60,351 bases of DNA from an uncultured Bacteroidales bacterium (GCA_964652315.1 CAZZBU010000007.1:1-60351); one strand, 5' to 3'. Numbered from the stretch's first letter, positions 19,409 through 29,190 are shown. Made by a program: numbers and translations. Notes: generated by a model from the letters alone, not told the origin.

Positions 19409-20059
19409 TTATTCACTTGCTTCTTGTTTTGGGGCTTCAGCAGCTTCACCTTCAGCAGCAGCTTCTTCACCTTCAGCTTCTTCCTCTTCTTCAGCAGGCA
19501 TCATACCTTTGGCAACTACACGTGATGAAGCAACACCAACAATCATGGCACTTTCCGGATCCAAAAGAGTGAGGTTTTCAAATTCTAGATCTTTCACATA
19601 TACAGCATCGCCAATTCCTACATCGGTAATGTCTACCTTCAGTGAATCCGGCAGGTGTTCTTGCAATCCGCTGACCAAAAGATAGCGGCGATTAAAGCGC
19701 AATTTGCCACCATTACGTATACCAATGGAATTTCCAGACAATTCAACAGGAATGTTAATGGCCACTGGTTTTCCGTCAATTACTTCAGTGAAATCAATGT
19801 GTAAAACACGATCAGTTACCGGATGGAATTGAATATCTTTGATTACAGCGTGATGTTTTTTACCATCGATATTGAGCTCGACGATATACGCATTATCAGT
19901 ATAAATCAAATCCTTGAATGTGTTTTCGTGTGTATGGAAGTGAATGTTTTCCTTACCACCATACAATACACAGGGAATATGCAAATCCTTGCGTAATTTT
20001 TTACTGTTTTTTTTACCGAGCTCAGCTCTTTTTTGTACGTCTACGCTAAATGTTTTCAT
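19409..20059 (-). CDS. rplY: 50S ribosomal protein L25/Ctc
   Basis: IPCVLYGG, QFHPVTD..LHIDF, acidic tail; between prs and pth. Confidence 0.95.
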   Translation of the reverse strand: MKTFSVDVQKRAELGKKNSKKLRKDLHIPCVLYGGKENIHFHTHENTFKDLIYTDNAYIVELNIDGKKHHAVIKDIQFHPVTDRVLHIDFTEVIDGKPVAINIPVELSGNSIGIRNGGKLRFNRRYLLVSGLQEHLPDSLKVDITDVGIGDAVYVKDLEFENLTLLDPESAMIVGVASSRVVAKGMMPAEEEEEAEGEEAAAEGEAAEAPKQEASE

Positions 20060-20075
20060 TATAAATTTTTTAAAT

Positions 20076-20113
20076 GTGCTACTCAGAATATCTGTGAATA
20101 TTCCCCATCACAC
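20076..20113 (-). promoter_or_regulatory. rplY 5'UTR hairpin mimicking 5S rRNA loop E (candidate L25 leader)
   Basis: mRNA GUGU-GAUGG-GGAAUAUU-CACA-GAUAUUCU-GAGUA-GCAC: two stems flanking a GAUGG/GAGUA internal loop. Confidence 0.6.
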
Positions 20114-20138
20114 GGGAGGCTTTTCTAAAAAAGCGGTG

Positions 20139-20146
20139 CAAAGATA
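20139..20146 (-). promoter_or_regulatory. Sigma-A -7 element for rplY
   Basis: TATCTTTG(CACCGC) just downstream of the prs stop. Confidence 0.6.
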
Positions 20147-20151
20147 TAAAA

Positions 20152-21093
20152 CTATGGGATAAATTTCGAACTAATTGACTGATAATTGTAAACTTTGTTA
20201 ATGACATCCGCCAGGAAAGGGGCAACGGACAGTACTTTTATTTTTTCAGAATGCTTGCCGTTGAGCGGAATAGAATCTGTAATAAGTACTTCTTCGATGG
20301 CTGATTTATTAATCCGGTCGATGGCCGGTCCGGAAAGCACAGGATGTGTAACCACCACGCGGATACTTGCTGCACCATAGCTTCTCATAATATCAGCTGC
20401 CAGACAAATGGTGCCGGCTGTGTCAATCATATCATCCACAATAATGATGTCTTTCCCTTCAACATCGCCAATCACTTTTATTTCCTCAACTACATTCGCT
20501 TTTTTACGGATTTTATAACAAATAACCATTTCGCTTTTTAAAAAGCGTGAATACGCATTGGCTCGCTTTGTGCCGCCCATATCCGGTGCTGCAATGGCCA
20601 TGTCCGGCAGATTAAGGCTTTCAAGGTAGGGTACAAACAGGGAGGATGCATATAAATGATCCACAGGAATGTTAAAAAAACCCTGTATCTGATCCGCATG
20701 CAAATCCATGGTCATTACCCTGTCAACACCAGCGGCAGCCAATAAATCAGCAACAAGTTTTGCACCAATGGATGTGCGGGGTTTGTCTTTTCTGTCTTGC
20801 CGGGCCATTCCCAGGTAAGGAATTACGGCAACGATTTTATAGGCTGAAGCCCGTTTGGCCGCATCAATGAGCAATAGCAATTCCATAAGATTGTCCTGGG
20901 GAGGAAAGGTGGATTGTATAATAAATACCGTACAGCCTCTGACCGATTCAAGATAGTATGGCTGAAATTCGCCATCGCTAAACTCAAACAAGGAAGTTTT
21001 CCCAAGGTCCATGCCAAATTCTTTTACGATTTTTTCAGCCAGATAGCGGGTTGCCCGTCCGGTAAAAAATTTAATTGGGGTGTACGCCTTCAT
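20152..21093 (-). CDS. prs: Ribose-phosphate pyrophosphokinase
   Basis: FSDGE, ARQDRK, DLHADQIQGFF, IVDDMIDTAGT. Confidence 0.95.
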   Translation of the reverse strand: MKAYTPIKFFTGRATRYLAEKIVKEFGMDLGKTSLFEFSDGEFQPYYLESVRGCTVFIIQSTFPPQDNLMELLLLIDAAKRASAYKIVAVIPYLGMARQDRKDKPRTSIGAKLVADLLAAAGVDRVMTMDLHADQIQGFFNIPVDHLYASSLFVPYLESLNLPDMAIAAPDMGGTKRANAYSRFLKSEMVICYKIRKKANVVEEIKVIGDVEGKDIIIVDDMIDTAGTICLAADIMRSYGAASIRVVVTHPVLSGPAIDRINKSAIEEVLITDSIPLNGKHSEKIKVLSVAPFLADVINKVYNYQSISSKFIP

Positions 21094-21134
21094 CCTCTAC
21101 ATTAATTAATTAAGGGGGTTAAAATTAAGGTGTG

Positions 21135-21142
21135 CAAAGGTA
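21135..21142 (-). promoter_or_regulatory. Sigma-A -7 element for prs
   Basis: TACCTTTG about 40 nt upstream of the ATG. Confidence 0.55.
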
Positions 21143-21243
21143 AAAAACCTTCTCAAATATTAAGCTTTTGCATCCTACTTTTTTCGATGTTTTTTTATCA
21201 GAAAAATAACAGGTACGACAAACACTAAGGTTACAGGTTTAAT

Positions 21244-21855
21244 TTACGGGTTATCCAAGGATATTGCGGCATTTGTTTTCTCAATCAATTGAAGAATATC
21301 TTCCCGTCCTGTTGCTGTTGTGGAAGATGTTGCAATACTTTTTGGAAGTTCTTCCCATGACTTCATTAATTCGTTTTTATAAGCCTGCATGTTTTTGTTT
21401 AACTGGGCGCTTGACAGTTTATCAATTTTTGTAAATACTATAATGAACGGAACCCGGTTTTTACCCAGCCATTCAAGAAATTCCAAATCATTTTTCAAAG
21501 GAGAATGCCGGCTGTCAATCAGCATAAACACACATACCAGGTTCTTCCTTTTTTCAAGATAAGTGCTAATCAATTTCGAAAAGGTTTTCCGCTTATCTTT
21601 TGATAATCTGGCATATCCATACCCGGGCAAATCCACCAGATACCAGCTTTCATCAACGATAAAATGATTGATAAGCTGTGTTTTTCCGGGAGTACCCGAT
21701 GTTTTGGCCAACCTTTTTTTATTGGTAAGCATATTTATAAGGGATGACTTTCCTACATTTGATCGTCCGATAAAGGCATACTCAGGCAGGGAAGGATCAG
21801 GGCACTGCGATAATTCGGCACTGCTTTTTACAAAGGCTACGTTTTTAATTTGCAT
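21244..21855 (-). CDS. engB: Ribosome biogenesis GTPase EngB/YihA/YsxC
   Basis: GRSNVGKSS, TPGKT, DLPGYG, TKID. Confidence 0.95.
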   Translation of the reverse strand: MQIKNVAFVKSSAELSQCPDPSLPEYAFIGRSNVGKSSLINMLTNKKRLAKTSGTPGKTQLINHFIVDESWYLVDLPGYGYARLSKDKRKTFSKLISTYLEKRKNLVCVFMLIDSRHSPLKNDLEFLEWLGKNRVPFIIVFTKIDKLSSAQLNKNMQAYKNELMKSWEELPKSIATSSTTATGREDILQLIEKTNAAISLDNP

Positions 21856-21994
21856 GAGGCAAAATTAAACATTACCATGTATTTTTTATAAAATAAAAGC
21901 TAAAGGAATACTTAAGGGGATTTATTATCGTTTTAACCATTTTTTTTGGTTTATTTTATAGATTGGTAATTGTAATGATTAAAAGTAATGATAG

Positions 21995-24991
21995 GTGAGC
22001 ACTGCTGATAACAGAAAAACAAAACCGGTATTCAATCTGGAAGATTATCAGTTTATTGATACATCTTTTAGCAAACTAATGCAGCGGCGCATCAGGAAAG
22101 TATTGCTGATATGCAGTAGTTATGATGCTTTTATGCTTGAAGAAGACGGCCGGATTGATGAACAGATCTTTAATGAATATGCTTCATTGAATCTCCGGTA
22201 TCCTCCAATTTTTATTCATGCAGAGTCATATAAACGTGCATTGGAAATTCTGGATAGCGGGGAGATTGACCTGGTCATTGAGATGCTCAGCACAGGTGAC
22301 GTTGATCCTTTTCAGTTGGCAAAACAAATAAAAAACGAACATCCGGATACCCCTATTGTAGTATTGACTCATTTTTCAAGAGAAGTATCCCTGCGACTTG
22401 AAAATGAAGATTTATCAGCCATCGATTATGTTTTTTCATGGCTTGGCAATGCAGATTTGCTGCTGGCAATCATTAAGCTTATTGAAGATAAAATGAATGC
22501 CGAACACGATATTCAACATGTCGGGGTACAGGCTATTCTGCTCATTGAAGATTCCATCCGGTATACTTCAACATATTTGCCCAACCTGTATAAAATTATT
22601 TTTGTGCAGTCGCTTGAGTTCATGAAAGAAGGATTGAATGAACACCAGAAAATGCTTCGCATGCGTGGCCGTCCGAAAATTCTGCTTGCAACAAATTTTG
22701 ATGAAGCATTGGCTTTGTATCGTAAGTACAGGGATAATCTGCTGGGTGTCATTTCGGATGTTAGTTACAAAAAGTCACCAAACAGAAGGGATACAAAAAC
22801 CAAGGCTGGTTTGGGCCTTACCAGAATCATAAAAAAAGATAATATCCACCTGCCGGTTTTATTGCAGTCATCCGATGTAAGCAATGAAAAATATGCACAA
22901 CATCTTGGTGCAGGATTTTTGCATAAATACTCAAAGAACCTTTCCATTGATTTGCGGGAATACATAAAGACCTATTTTCTTTTTGGAGATTTTATATTCC
23001 GCAATCCCAAAACAATGGAAGAATATGCTGTGGCCAGCGATTTACAATCACTGCAACAGATTATCCACACCCTTCCTGATGACGTATTTCTTTATCACAC
23101 CAGCAGAAACGACTTAACCAAATGGCTGAACTCAAGGGCTTTGTTTCCACTCGCCAACATGTTCCGCGATTTACGGGTTGACGATTTCGATAACCTAAGT
23201 GATGCCAGAGACTACATTCATCGGGCTATTGCCACATTTCGCACTTACAAGGGAAGGGGTGTGATCGCTCAGTTTGATCCCGAACGGTATGATGAGTATA
23301 TGGCTTTTACCCGTATCGGCGATGGTTCAATTGGTGGTAAAGCCCGTGGACTGGCATTTATAAATACACTGATAAAAAAGTATAATCTGCACAATAGATT
23401 TCCTCAGGCCAGGGTGAGCATACCAAAAACCATTGTAATTTCAACGGATGTTTTTGAGGAATTTATGGAAAGCAATGCCCTTTACGATGTGGCACTTTCT
23501 CAGGCCAGGGATGAGGAAATATTGCAGGCCTTTGTTAAAGCCAAACTACCCGACTCCCTCAGAATCGATCTGGCAAGAATAATATCTGTCATCAACAAGC
23601 CCATTGCGGTTCGTTCATCAAGCAAACTCGAAGATTCACATTTTCAACCTTTCGCCGGAATTTATTCCACCTATATGGTGCCAATAAATCCTTTGGATCC
23701 CGACCAGTCAGTATCCTATCTTGAAGAAGCCATTAAAAGTGTATACGCCTCTGTTTACTACAAATCAAGCAAGGCCTATATGATGGTGACCTCCAACGTG
23801 ATAGACGAAGAAAAAATGGGCATTGTTTTGCAGGAAATTTGTGGTAAACAGGTTGGCAACTATTTTTACCCAACCATTTCAGGAGTGGCACGCTCGGTAA
23901 ATTTTTACCCCATTCATCCTGAAAAAAGCTCAGATGGCACAGCTACAATTGCTTACGGGCTTGGTAAATTTATAGTAGAAGGGGGGCTGGCCTTAAGATT
24001 TTCTCCAAAATTCCCGCGCAAAGTGCTACAGCTTTCTTCCCCTGAAATGGCTTTACGCAATACACAAAAACATTTTTATGCCCTAAATCTCGAACCCAAA
24101 GCTTTCACTCCATCAGTAGATGATGCCATTAACCTAAAAAAAATGCGAATTACCGAAGGAAAACATGACAAAACATTTAACCACATAACTTCAACTTTTG
24201 ATTTTCAGAATCATATTCTTCGTGATGGAGTAGGGCAGGAAGGCAAACCAGTCATTACATTTTCAAATCTTCTCAACCATAATACTTTCCCTTTGGCAGA
24301 AATCCTGGATGAAATTCTGCATGTTGGGCAAAAAGAAATGAACAATCCGATAGAAATTGAATTTGCAGTTGACCTTGAAGAAGAGCTAAATAGCATAAAT
24401 ACGTTTAGTTTTTTACAGATCCGCCCCGTTGTTCAGAATGAAAACAGTTTTAGTTTTAAACTCGACAGGGTACCTCCGGAGAAAACCATTATTTACTCCG
24501 AAAAAGCATTGGGCAATGGTAGTTTTACCAATCTGAAAGATGTTGTTTATGTTCGTCCCGAGAGTTTCAATGCAGCACACAACCCTCGTTTGGTAGAAAT
24601 GATTGAGCAAATCAACCAGGAATTTATGGAGATGAAGAAATATTTTATTCTTATTGGTCCGGGGCGATGGGGTTCATCTGACCCATGGCTTGGGATACCT
24701 GTCCGATGGCCTCAGATTTCAAATGCCAGAATTATTGTAGAAACCGGATTAAAAAATTACAGGATTGATCCCAGTCAGGGTACGCATTTTTTCCAAAACC
24801 TCACCTCATTTGGTGTGGGTTATCTTACGGTAAACCCTTCAGAAAACGATGGTTATTTTGATGTTGAATATTTGAATGGTTTTCCTGCTGTTTTTGAAAA
24901 CGAGCATTTAAGGCATGTGAGGTTTGAAAAAAACATAAAAGTACAAATTGATGGAAAGCAAAATATTGGACTGATTCACAAATCAAACTAA
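21995..24991 (+). CDS. Receiver-domain / PPDK_N ATP-grasp / phospho-His-swivel-like protein (usually annotated PEP synthase-like), paralog 1
   Basis: Pseudo-receiver, receiver (LLIED, GVISD, QSS, FLHK), ATP-grasp GGKARG, AVRSSS..ED..FAG, EIEFA..LQIRP, C-terminal QGTHFFQN; no PEP-binding barrel. Confidence 0.85.
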   Translation: MSTADNRKTKPVFNLEDYQFIDTSFSKLMQRRIRKVLLICSSYDAFMLEEDGRIDEQIFNEYASLNLRYPPIFIHAESYKRALEILDSGEIDLVIEMLSTGDVDPFQLAKQIKNEHPDTPIVVLTHFSREVSLRLENEDLSAIDYVFSWLGNADLLLAIIKLIEDKMNAEHDIQHVGVQAILLIEDSIRYTSTYLPNLYKIIFVQSLEFMKEGLNEHQKMLRMRGRPKILLATNFDEALALYRKYRDNLLGVISDVSYKKSPNRRDTKTKAGLGLTRIIKKDNIHLPVLLQSSDVSNEKYAQHLGAGFLHKYSKNLSIDLREYIKTYFLFGDFIFRNPKTMEEYAVASDLQSLQQIIHTLPDDVFLYHTSRNDLTKWLNSRALFPLANMFRDLRVDDFDNLSDARDYIHRAIATFRTYKGRGVIAQFDPERYDEYMAFTRIGDGSIGGKARGLAFINTLIKKYNLHNRFPQARVSIPKTIVISTDVFEEFMESNALYDVALSQARDEEILQAFVKAKLPDSLRIDLARIISVINKPIAVRSSSKLEDSHFQPFAGIYSTYMVPINPLDPDQSVSYLEEAIKSVYASVYYKSSKAYMMVTSNVIDEEKMGIVLQEICGKQVGNYFYPTISGVARSVNFYPIHPEKSSDGTATIAYGLGKFIVEGGLALRFSPKFPRKVLQLSSPEMALRNTQKHFYALNLEPKAFTPSVDDAINLKKMRITEGKHDKTFNHITSTFDFQNHILRDGVGQEGKPVITFSNLLNHNTFPLAEILDEILHVGQKEMNNPIEIEFAVDLEEELNSINTFSFLQIRPVVQNENSFSFKLDRVPPEKTIIYSEKALGNGSFTNLKDVVYVRPESFNAAHNPRLVEMIEQINQEFMEMKKYFILIGPGRWGSSDPWLGIPVRWPQISNARIIVETGLKNYRIDPSQGTHFFQNLTSFGVGYLTVNPSENDGYFDVEYLNGFPAVFENEHLRHVRFEKNIKVQIDGKQNIGLIHKSN

Positions 24992-25116
24992 CAAAATATA
25001 AACACTTGAATTGTGTTTCTTTTTTTCGTAACTTATTCTTCTGGAATACTTGATTGGAGTTTTCATTAAAATTCACTAATCGTTGATTTATATTGTTAAA
25101 CTTAAATCCGCATGCC

Positions 25117-26118
25117 ATGAAGAAGTTACTGTTTTCTGCCATTACATTGCTTGCTATACTGGTTGTTTTAACCGGTTGCAACAGAGATAAAGTCAAAGTC
25201 GGATTCCTGATGGACAACGTGGTGCAGGAGCGCTGGGAACGTGACAGGGCGCTATTCGTTGAAAAGGTGCAGGAATTTGGAGGAGAGGTTGAAGTTTTGA
25301 TTGCTGATAATGAAGCGGTGAAACAATACACACAGGCTGAAAAACTTATACAGGAAGGCGTTGATGTGCTTGTGGTTGTTCCTGTAGATTTAAATGCAGC
25401 TGCAAAGATTGTTGAACTGGCAAAAGAAAATGAAGTAAAAGTTATTTCCTATGACAGGATCATAAAAAATGCGGATCTTGATTTTTATGTTTCCTTTGAT
25501 CATGTGGATGTGGGAAGATTACAGGCCGAATACCTCACCACTGTATGTCCGGTTGGTAATTATGTACTTATCAATGGTCCTACATCAGACAACAACACTT
25601 TCTTACTGGAGCTCGGTCAGTTGAATGTATTGCAGCCCCTGGTGGAACGAGGGGATATTAGCATTGTTTATAACCAATTTGCTGAACATTGGAGCCAGGA
25701 TGAAGGATACAGGTTAATGAAAGAATGCCTCTCACAGTGCAAACAGGAGATTCATGCGGTGATAGCCGATAATGACGCCCTGGCTCGTGGTGCTATACTA
25801 GCACTGGAGGAAAATGGACTGACAGGTACAATTTGTGTGGCAGGAATGGATGCCGAAACCGATGCATGCCAGAGAATCCTTGAGGGTACCCAAACCATGA
25901 CCATTTATAAACCCATTGAGGCCATCGCCACTACTGCTGCTAAGATTGCCTTGCAATTTGGACGGGGAGAAGAGCTTAATGATATTCGACTCACTGTCAA
26001 TAATGGCAAGAAGCTGGTACCGTCAATTCTTTTGCCTTCCATGGTTGTGAATCGTGAAAACATCAGGTTGACAGTAGTAGCTGATGGTTATTTGGAGGAA
26101 AATCAGATTTATCAATAA
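25117..26118 (+). CDS. Orphan sugar-binding lipoprotein (XylF/ChvE-like periplasmic binding protein)
   Basis: Lipobox LTGC, ERWERD, ISYDR, TSDNN, NDALA, GMDA, QTMTIYKP; likely start ATG 25117; no permease or ATPase nearby. Confidence 0.8.
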   Translation: MKKLLFSAITLLAILVVLTGCNRDKVKVGFLMDNVVQERWERDRALFVEKVQEFGGEVEVLIADNEAVKQYTQAEKLIQEGVDVLVVVPVDLNAAAKIVELAKENEVKVISYDRIIKNADLDFYVSFDHVDVGRLQAEYLTTVCPVGNYVLINGPTSDNNTFLLELGQLNVLQPLVERGDISIVYNQFAEHWSQDEGYRLMKECLSQCKQEIHAVIADNDALARGAILALEENGLTGTICVAGMDAETDACQRILEGTQTMTIYKPIEAIATTAAKIALQFGRGEELNDIRLTVNNGKKLVPSILLPSMVVNRENIRLTVVADGYLEENQIYQ

Positions 26119-26254
26119 AGCGGGCTAATGAATTGGATAGCTGGCATGAAAATCTGAATTACTTTATTTTATGAGTGAAATCATGGATTATTAAAAATGA
26201 AATGATTAAACTCGAATATATAAAATGTATTGATACATAAACATATTCGAGTAT

Positions 26255-27592
26255 ATGAATGTTGAAAAAATTATGGTCGACCTGGAACGAAGAAATCCGG
26301 GCGAAATTGAATATCTTCAGGCAGTAAGGGAAGTACTGGAGTCCATTGAAGAAACGTATAATTTAAACCCACAGTTCGAATCAGCCAATATCATTGAGCG
26401 GCTTATTGAACCGGATCGTGTGTTTACCTTCAAAGTTCCCTGGGTTGACGACCAGGGTGCCGTGCATGTAAACAGGGGTTACCGTGTTCAGTTTAACAAT
26501 GCCATTGGTCCCTACAAAGGAGGATTGCGGTTTCACCCCAGCGTTAACCTGAGTATTTTAAAGTTTCTGGGTTTTGAACAAATATTCAAAAACAGCCTAA
26601 CAACGCTTCCTCTTGGCGGTGGTAAGGGGGGGGCTGATTTCGATCCAAAAGGAAAATCGCCGGGTGAAGTTATGCGATTCTGCCAGTCCTTTATGCTTGA
26701 ATTATGGAAGCTTATAGGCCCTGAAACCGATGTGCCGGCAGGAGATATTGGTGTTGGTGGCCGCGAAATTGGGTATATGTATGGCATGTATAAAAAGCTA
26801 ACCCGTGAAAATACCGGCATCCTTACTGGCAAAGGTGTAAACTGGGGTGGTAGCCTTATTCGTCCCGAAGCAACCGGTTTTGGGGTGGTTTATTTTGCCA
26901 ACGAAATGCTCACCACCATTGGAGAAGACTTCAAAGGAAAAACCGTAGCAGTCTCGGGTTTTGGAAATGTGGCCTGGGGTGCTGTAACTAAGTTGAATGA
27001 GTTGGGTGCGAAAGTGGTTACCCTTTCCGGACCGGATGGTTATATCTATGATCCTGAAGGCATATCAGGCGATAAAATCGAATACATGCTCGAGTTAAGG
27101 GCATCCAATGAGGATATTGTTAAACCTTATGTGTATGAGTTTAGTGAAGCAGAATTTGTAGAAAACAAGCATCCATGGGAGGTGAAATGTGATATAGCCC
27201 TGCCCTGTGCTACGCAGAATGAATTAAACGCTGAAGATGCCAAAAACCTGATAAAGAATGGTTGCATGTGTGTGTGCGAAGGCGCCAATATGCCATCTAC
27301 ACCTGATGCTGTAGAAATTTTTCAGGATCACGGAATGTTATTTGCTCCCGGCAAGGCAGTAAATGCCGGCGGAGTTGCCACATCCGGACTGGAAATGACT
27401 CAAAATGCCATGAAGCTGAATTGGACCAGGGAGGAAGTGGATGATCGCCTGCATACCATTATGAGTCTTATTCATCATTCGTGTGTGAAATATGGAACTG
27501 TTCCGGGAGGTTATATTGATTACGTGAAAGGTGCTAATATTGCCGGATTTCTGAAGGTGGCCAATGCCATGCTTGATCAGGGCGTAGTGTAG
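26255..27592 (+). CDS. gdh: Glutamate dehydrogenase, resembling the NAD-specific GdhB type of Bacteroides
   Basis: GPYKGGLRFH, GGGKGG, DVPAGDIG, RPEATG; SGFGNVAW and SGPDG cofactor-loop pattern as in NAD-type enzymes. Confidence 0.93.
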   Translation: MNVEKIMVDLERRNPGEIEYLQAVREVLESIEETYNLNPQFESANIIERLIEPDRVFTFKVPWVDDQGAVHVNRGYRVQFNNAIGPYKGGLRFHPSVNLSILKFLGFEQIFKNSLTTLPLGGGKGGADFDPKGKSPGEVMRFCQSFMLELWKLIGPETDVPAGDIGVGGREIGYMYGMYKKLTRENTGILTGKGVNWGGSLIRPEATGFGVVYFANEMLTTIGEDFKGKTVAVSGFGNVAWGAVTKLNELGAKVVTLSGPDGYIYDPEGISGDKIEYMLELRASNEDIVKPYVYEFSEAEFVENKHPWEVKCDIALPCATQNELNAEDAKNLIKNGCMCVCEGANMPSTPDAVEIFQDHGMLFAPGKAVNAGGVATSGLEMTQNAMKLNWTREEVDDRLHTIMSLIHHSCVKYGTVPGGYIDYVKGANIAGFLKVANAMLDQGVV

Positions 27593-27605
27593 TAGCTGTA
27601 AGTTG

Positions 27606-27778
27606 TTAGTTGATAGCTGATAGTAGTTCGATTTTTTTTTTTTTTCAATTATTCTACCCAGGGCGTCGCTTTATAAGCCTGCGGCTTTATTTGCTCTGTC
27701 CTGGGCAATTACCTGTCGGGCCTAAGCCCTTTTTTAAAGCTTTAGCTATCAGCCAGGAACTATCAGCTATCCAACTAA
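27606..27778. repeat. Nested inverted-repeat element between convergent genes
   Basis: TTAGTTGATAGCTGATAGT (27606-27624) pairs with ACTATCAGCTATCCAACTAA (27759-27778); encloses T14 and a CCCAGGGC...GTCCTGGG hairpin with an inner AAGCC/GGCTT stem. Confidence 0.6.
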
Positions 27779-27780
27779 TC

Positions 27781-27828
27781 CACCGATTACTGATCCACTG
27801 ATTACCGATCACTGATTACCGATCCACC
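27781..27828. repeat. Short tandem repeat (CACYGATTACYGATC)x3
   Basis: caccgattactgatc / cactgattaccgatc / actgattaccgatc directly in tandem. Confidence 0.75.
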
Positions 27829-27848
27829 ACTTACCAATAACCTGTCCC

Positions 27849-28583
27849 CTATTCATTTCCCTCTTCCTCAACAACCACAATATCTTCCTCCCTGATTAGC
27901 TCCTCACAGCGGTATTTCTTCATGAGTTGTACAATGGCAATGACATCATTCTGGCAATAAGTGACGATTCTGGCCAGATTCTTCTCCTTCCAGAACACAT
28001 CAGCTACCATGCTGCCGTCCATGTCGATTTTTGGGGTGGGTATACCGAATATATGCGTCAACAGGTCCAACGAGGTATAATTCTTGTAATCGCCAAAACG
28101 CCATAATTCCATGGTATCAATAAAAGGGACCTCCCACGGCTTTTTACCTGCTACATCAAACGAAAGAGGCAGAGGAATGCCATTGATTAACCAGCGACGC
28201 GCGATGTAAGGAAAATCGAATTCTTTTCCGTTGTGCGCGCAAAATTTATTTTTCTTTTCCAACTCAAGTTTCTGAACCAATGCCTTAAATTCAATTAAAA
28301 GCTCTTTTTCGTTTTCACTGGCAAAAGATTTTATGCGGAGTTTTTGATTGCCATCCTGGAGATATAAAATACCTGCTGAAATACAGATAATTTTACCGAA
28401 TTCGGCATAAATACCGGCGCGGCCATAAACATCTTCAGCCGATTGATTTTCAAGCCTGAAGTGGGTGGATTTCTTGTCCCAAAGCTTTTGAGTCTTGTTG
28501 TCCAGTTCATTAAAATCTGCATTCTGAGGCACAGTTTCAATGTCCAGAAAAAGAATATCCTCAAGGGTTATCTGTTTTATCAT
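27849..28583 (-). CDS. DnaQ/PolB-like 3'-5' exonuclease domain protein
   Basis: FLDIETV, AHNGKEFDFP, YCQNDV (Exo I/II/III). Confidence 0.88.
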   Translation of the reverse strand: MIKQITLEDILFLDIETVPQNADFNELDNKTQKLWDKKSTHFRLENQSAEDVYGRAGIYAEFGKIICISAGILYLQDGNQKLRIKSFASENEKELLIEFKALVQKLELEKKNKFCAHNGKEFDFPYIARRWLINGIPLPLSFDVAGKKPWEVPFIDTMELWRFGDYKNYTSLDLLTHIFGIPTPKIDMDGSMVADVFWKEKNLARIVTYCQNDVIAIVQLMKKYRCEELIREEDIVVVEEEGNE

Positions 28584-29190
28584 TTTTGAGATGTTTGGTA
28601 AGTATGTTTTTTATTTTTTTTGCGCAGGATTCTTTTTTTTCTTCGTTCGTAACAATATAATCTGCAAGATACTTTTGTTTTTTTACAAATTCAAGATGCA
28701 TGGGGTTAACGATATTCCTGAATCGAACTGCTACTTCATCAGGAGTCCGGTTGCGGCTTCGAAAGTCCCTTTCGGTTATGCGTTTCAGCCTTGTCGCTTT
28801 GGTTGATTCCAGATATATGGTGGGGTTTAAATATTCACGCAATGATTCATCCAGCAGGGGATACAACCCTTCGAGAATAACAATCGGTGATGGAGTAACA
28901 AGCCTGGTTTGTTTCAACCGGTTCATTTCAATATAAGAATATTCCGGACAGTAAACAGGTTTTTGTTGTTTGAGGCTTGTTAAATGATCGATTAACAGAG
29001 GAATTTCAAAAGCATCCGGATGATCAAAATTTATTTTACTTCGCTCGGGCATGGATAAATGAGTGGTTTCTTTGTAATACCAATCCATTGAAATAATGGT
29101 GATATACCCTTCCGGGAACATGTTTTTTAATGCATTAAGCACACTTGATTTTCCTGTACCTGATCCCCCGGCAACTCCCGCAATGAGCAT
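28561..29190 (-). CDS. udk: Uridine kinase
   Basis: GGSGTGKS, D.YY, NFDHPDAF, ILEG, RITERD..R.R. Confidence 0.88.
   Translation of the reverse strand: MLIAGVAGGSGTGKSSVLNALKNMFPEGYITIISMDWYYKETTHLSMPERSKINFDHPDAFEIPLLIDHLTSLKQQKPVYCPEYSYIEMNRLKQTRLVTPSPIVILEGLYPLLDESLREYLNPTIYLESTKATRLKRITERDFRSRNRTPDEVAVRFRNIVNPMHLEFVKKQKYLADYIVTNEEKKESCAKKIKNILTKHLKNDKTDNP

Noticed and set aside
21995-24991. Calling this gene (and 40019-43462) ppsA/ppdK
   Set aside because: No C-terminal PEP/pyruvate-binding barrel or its motifs; the architecture is dominated by receiver domains.
25117-26118. Xylose ABC uptake operon (xylFGH)
   Set aside because: Only the binding protein is present, and its ligand cannot be assigned from sequence.
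27610-27801. 63-aa ORF in the ORF track
   Set aside because: It runs through a T14 tract and palindromic repeats, starts at TTG, and lacks protein-like composition.
27781-27828. Possible CRISPR array
   Set aside because: The repeats are 15 bp, directly tandem with no spacers, and there are no cas genes in the window.
27849-28583. 3'-5' exonuclease as part of a defence or mobile element
   Set aside because: A common stand-alone Bacteroidota gene overlapping udk; no integrase, nuclease partner or other defence genes nearby.
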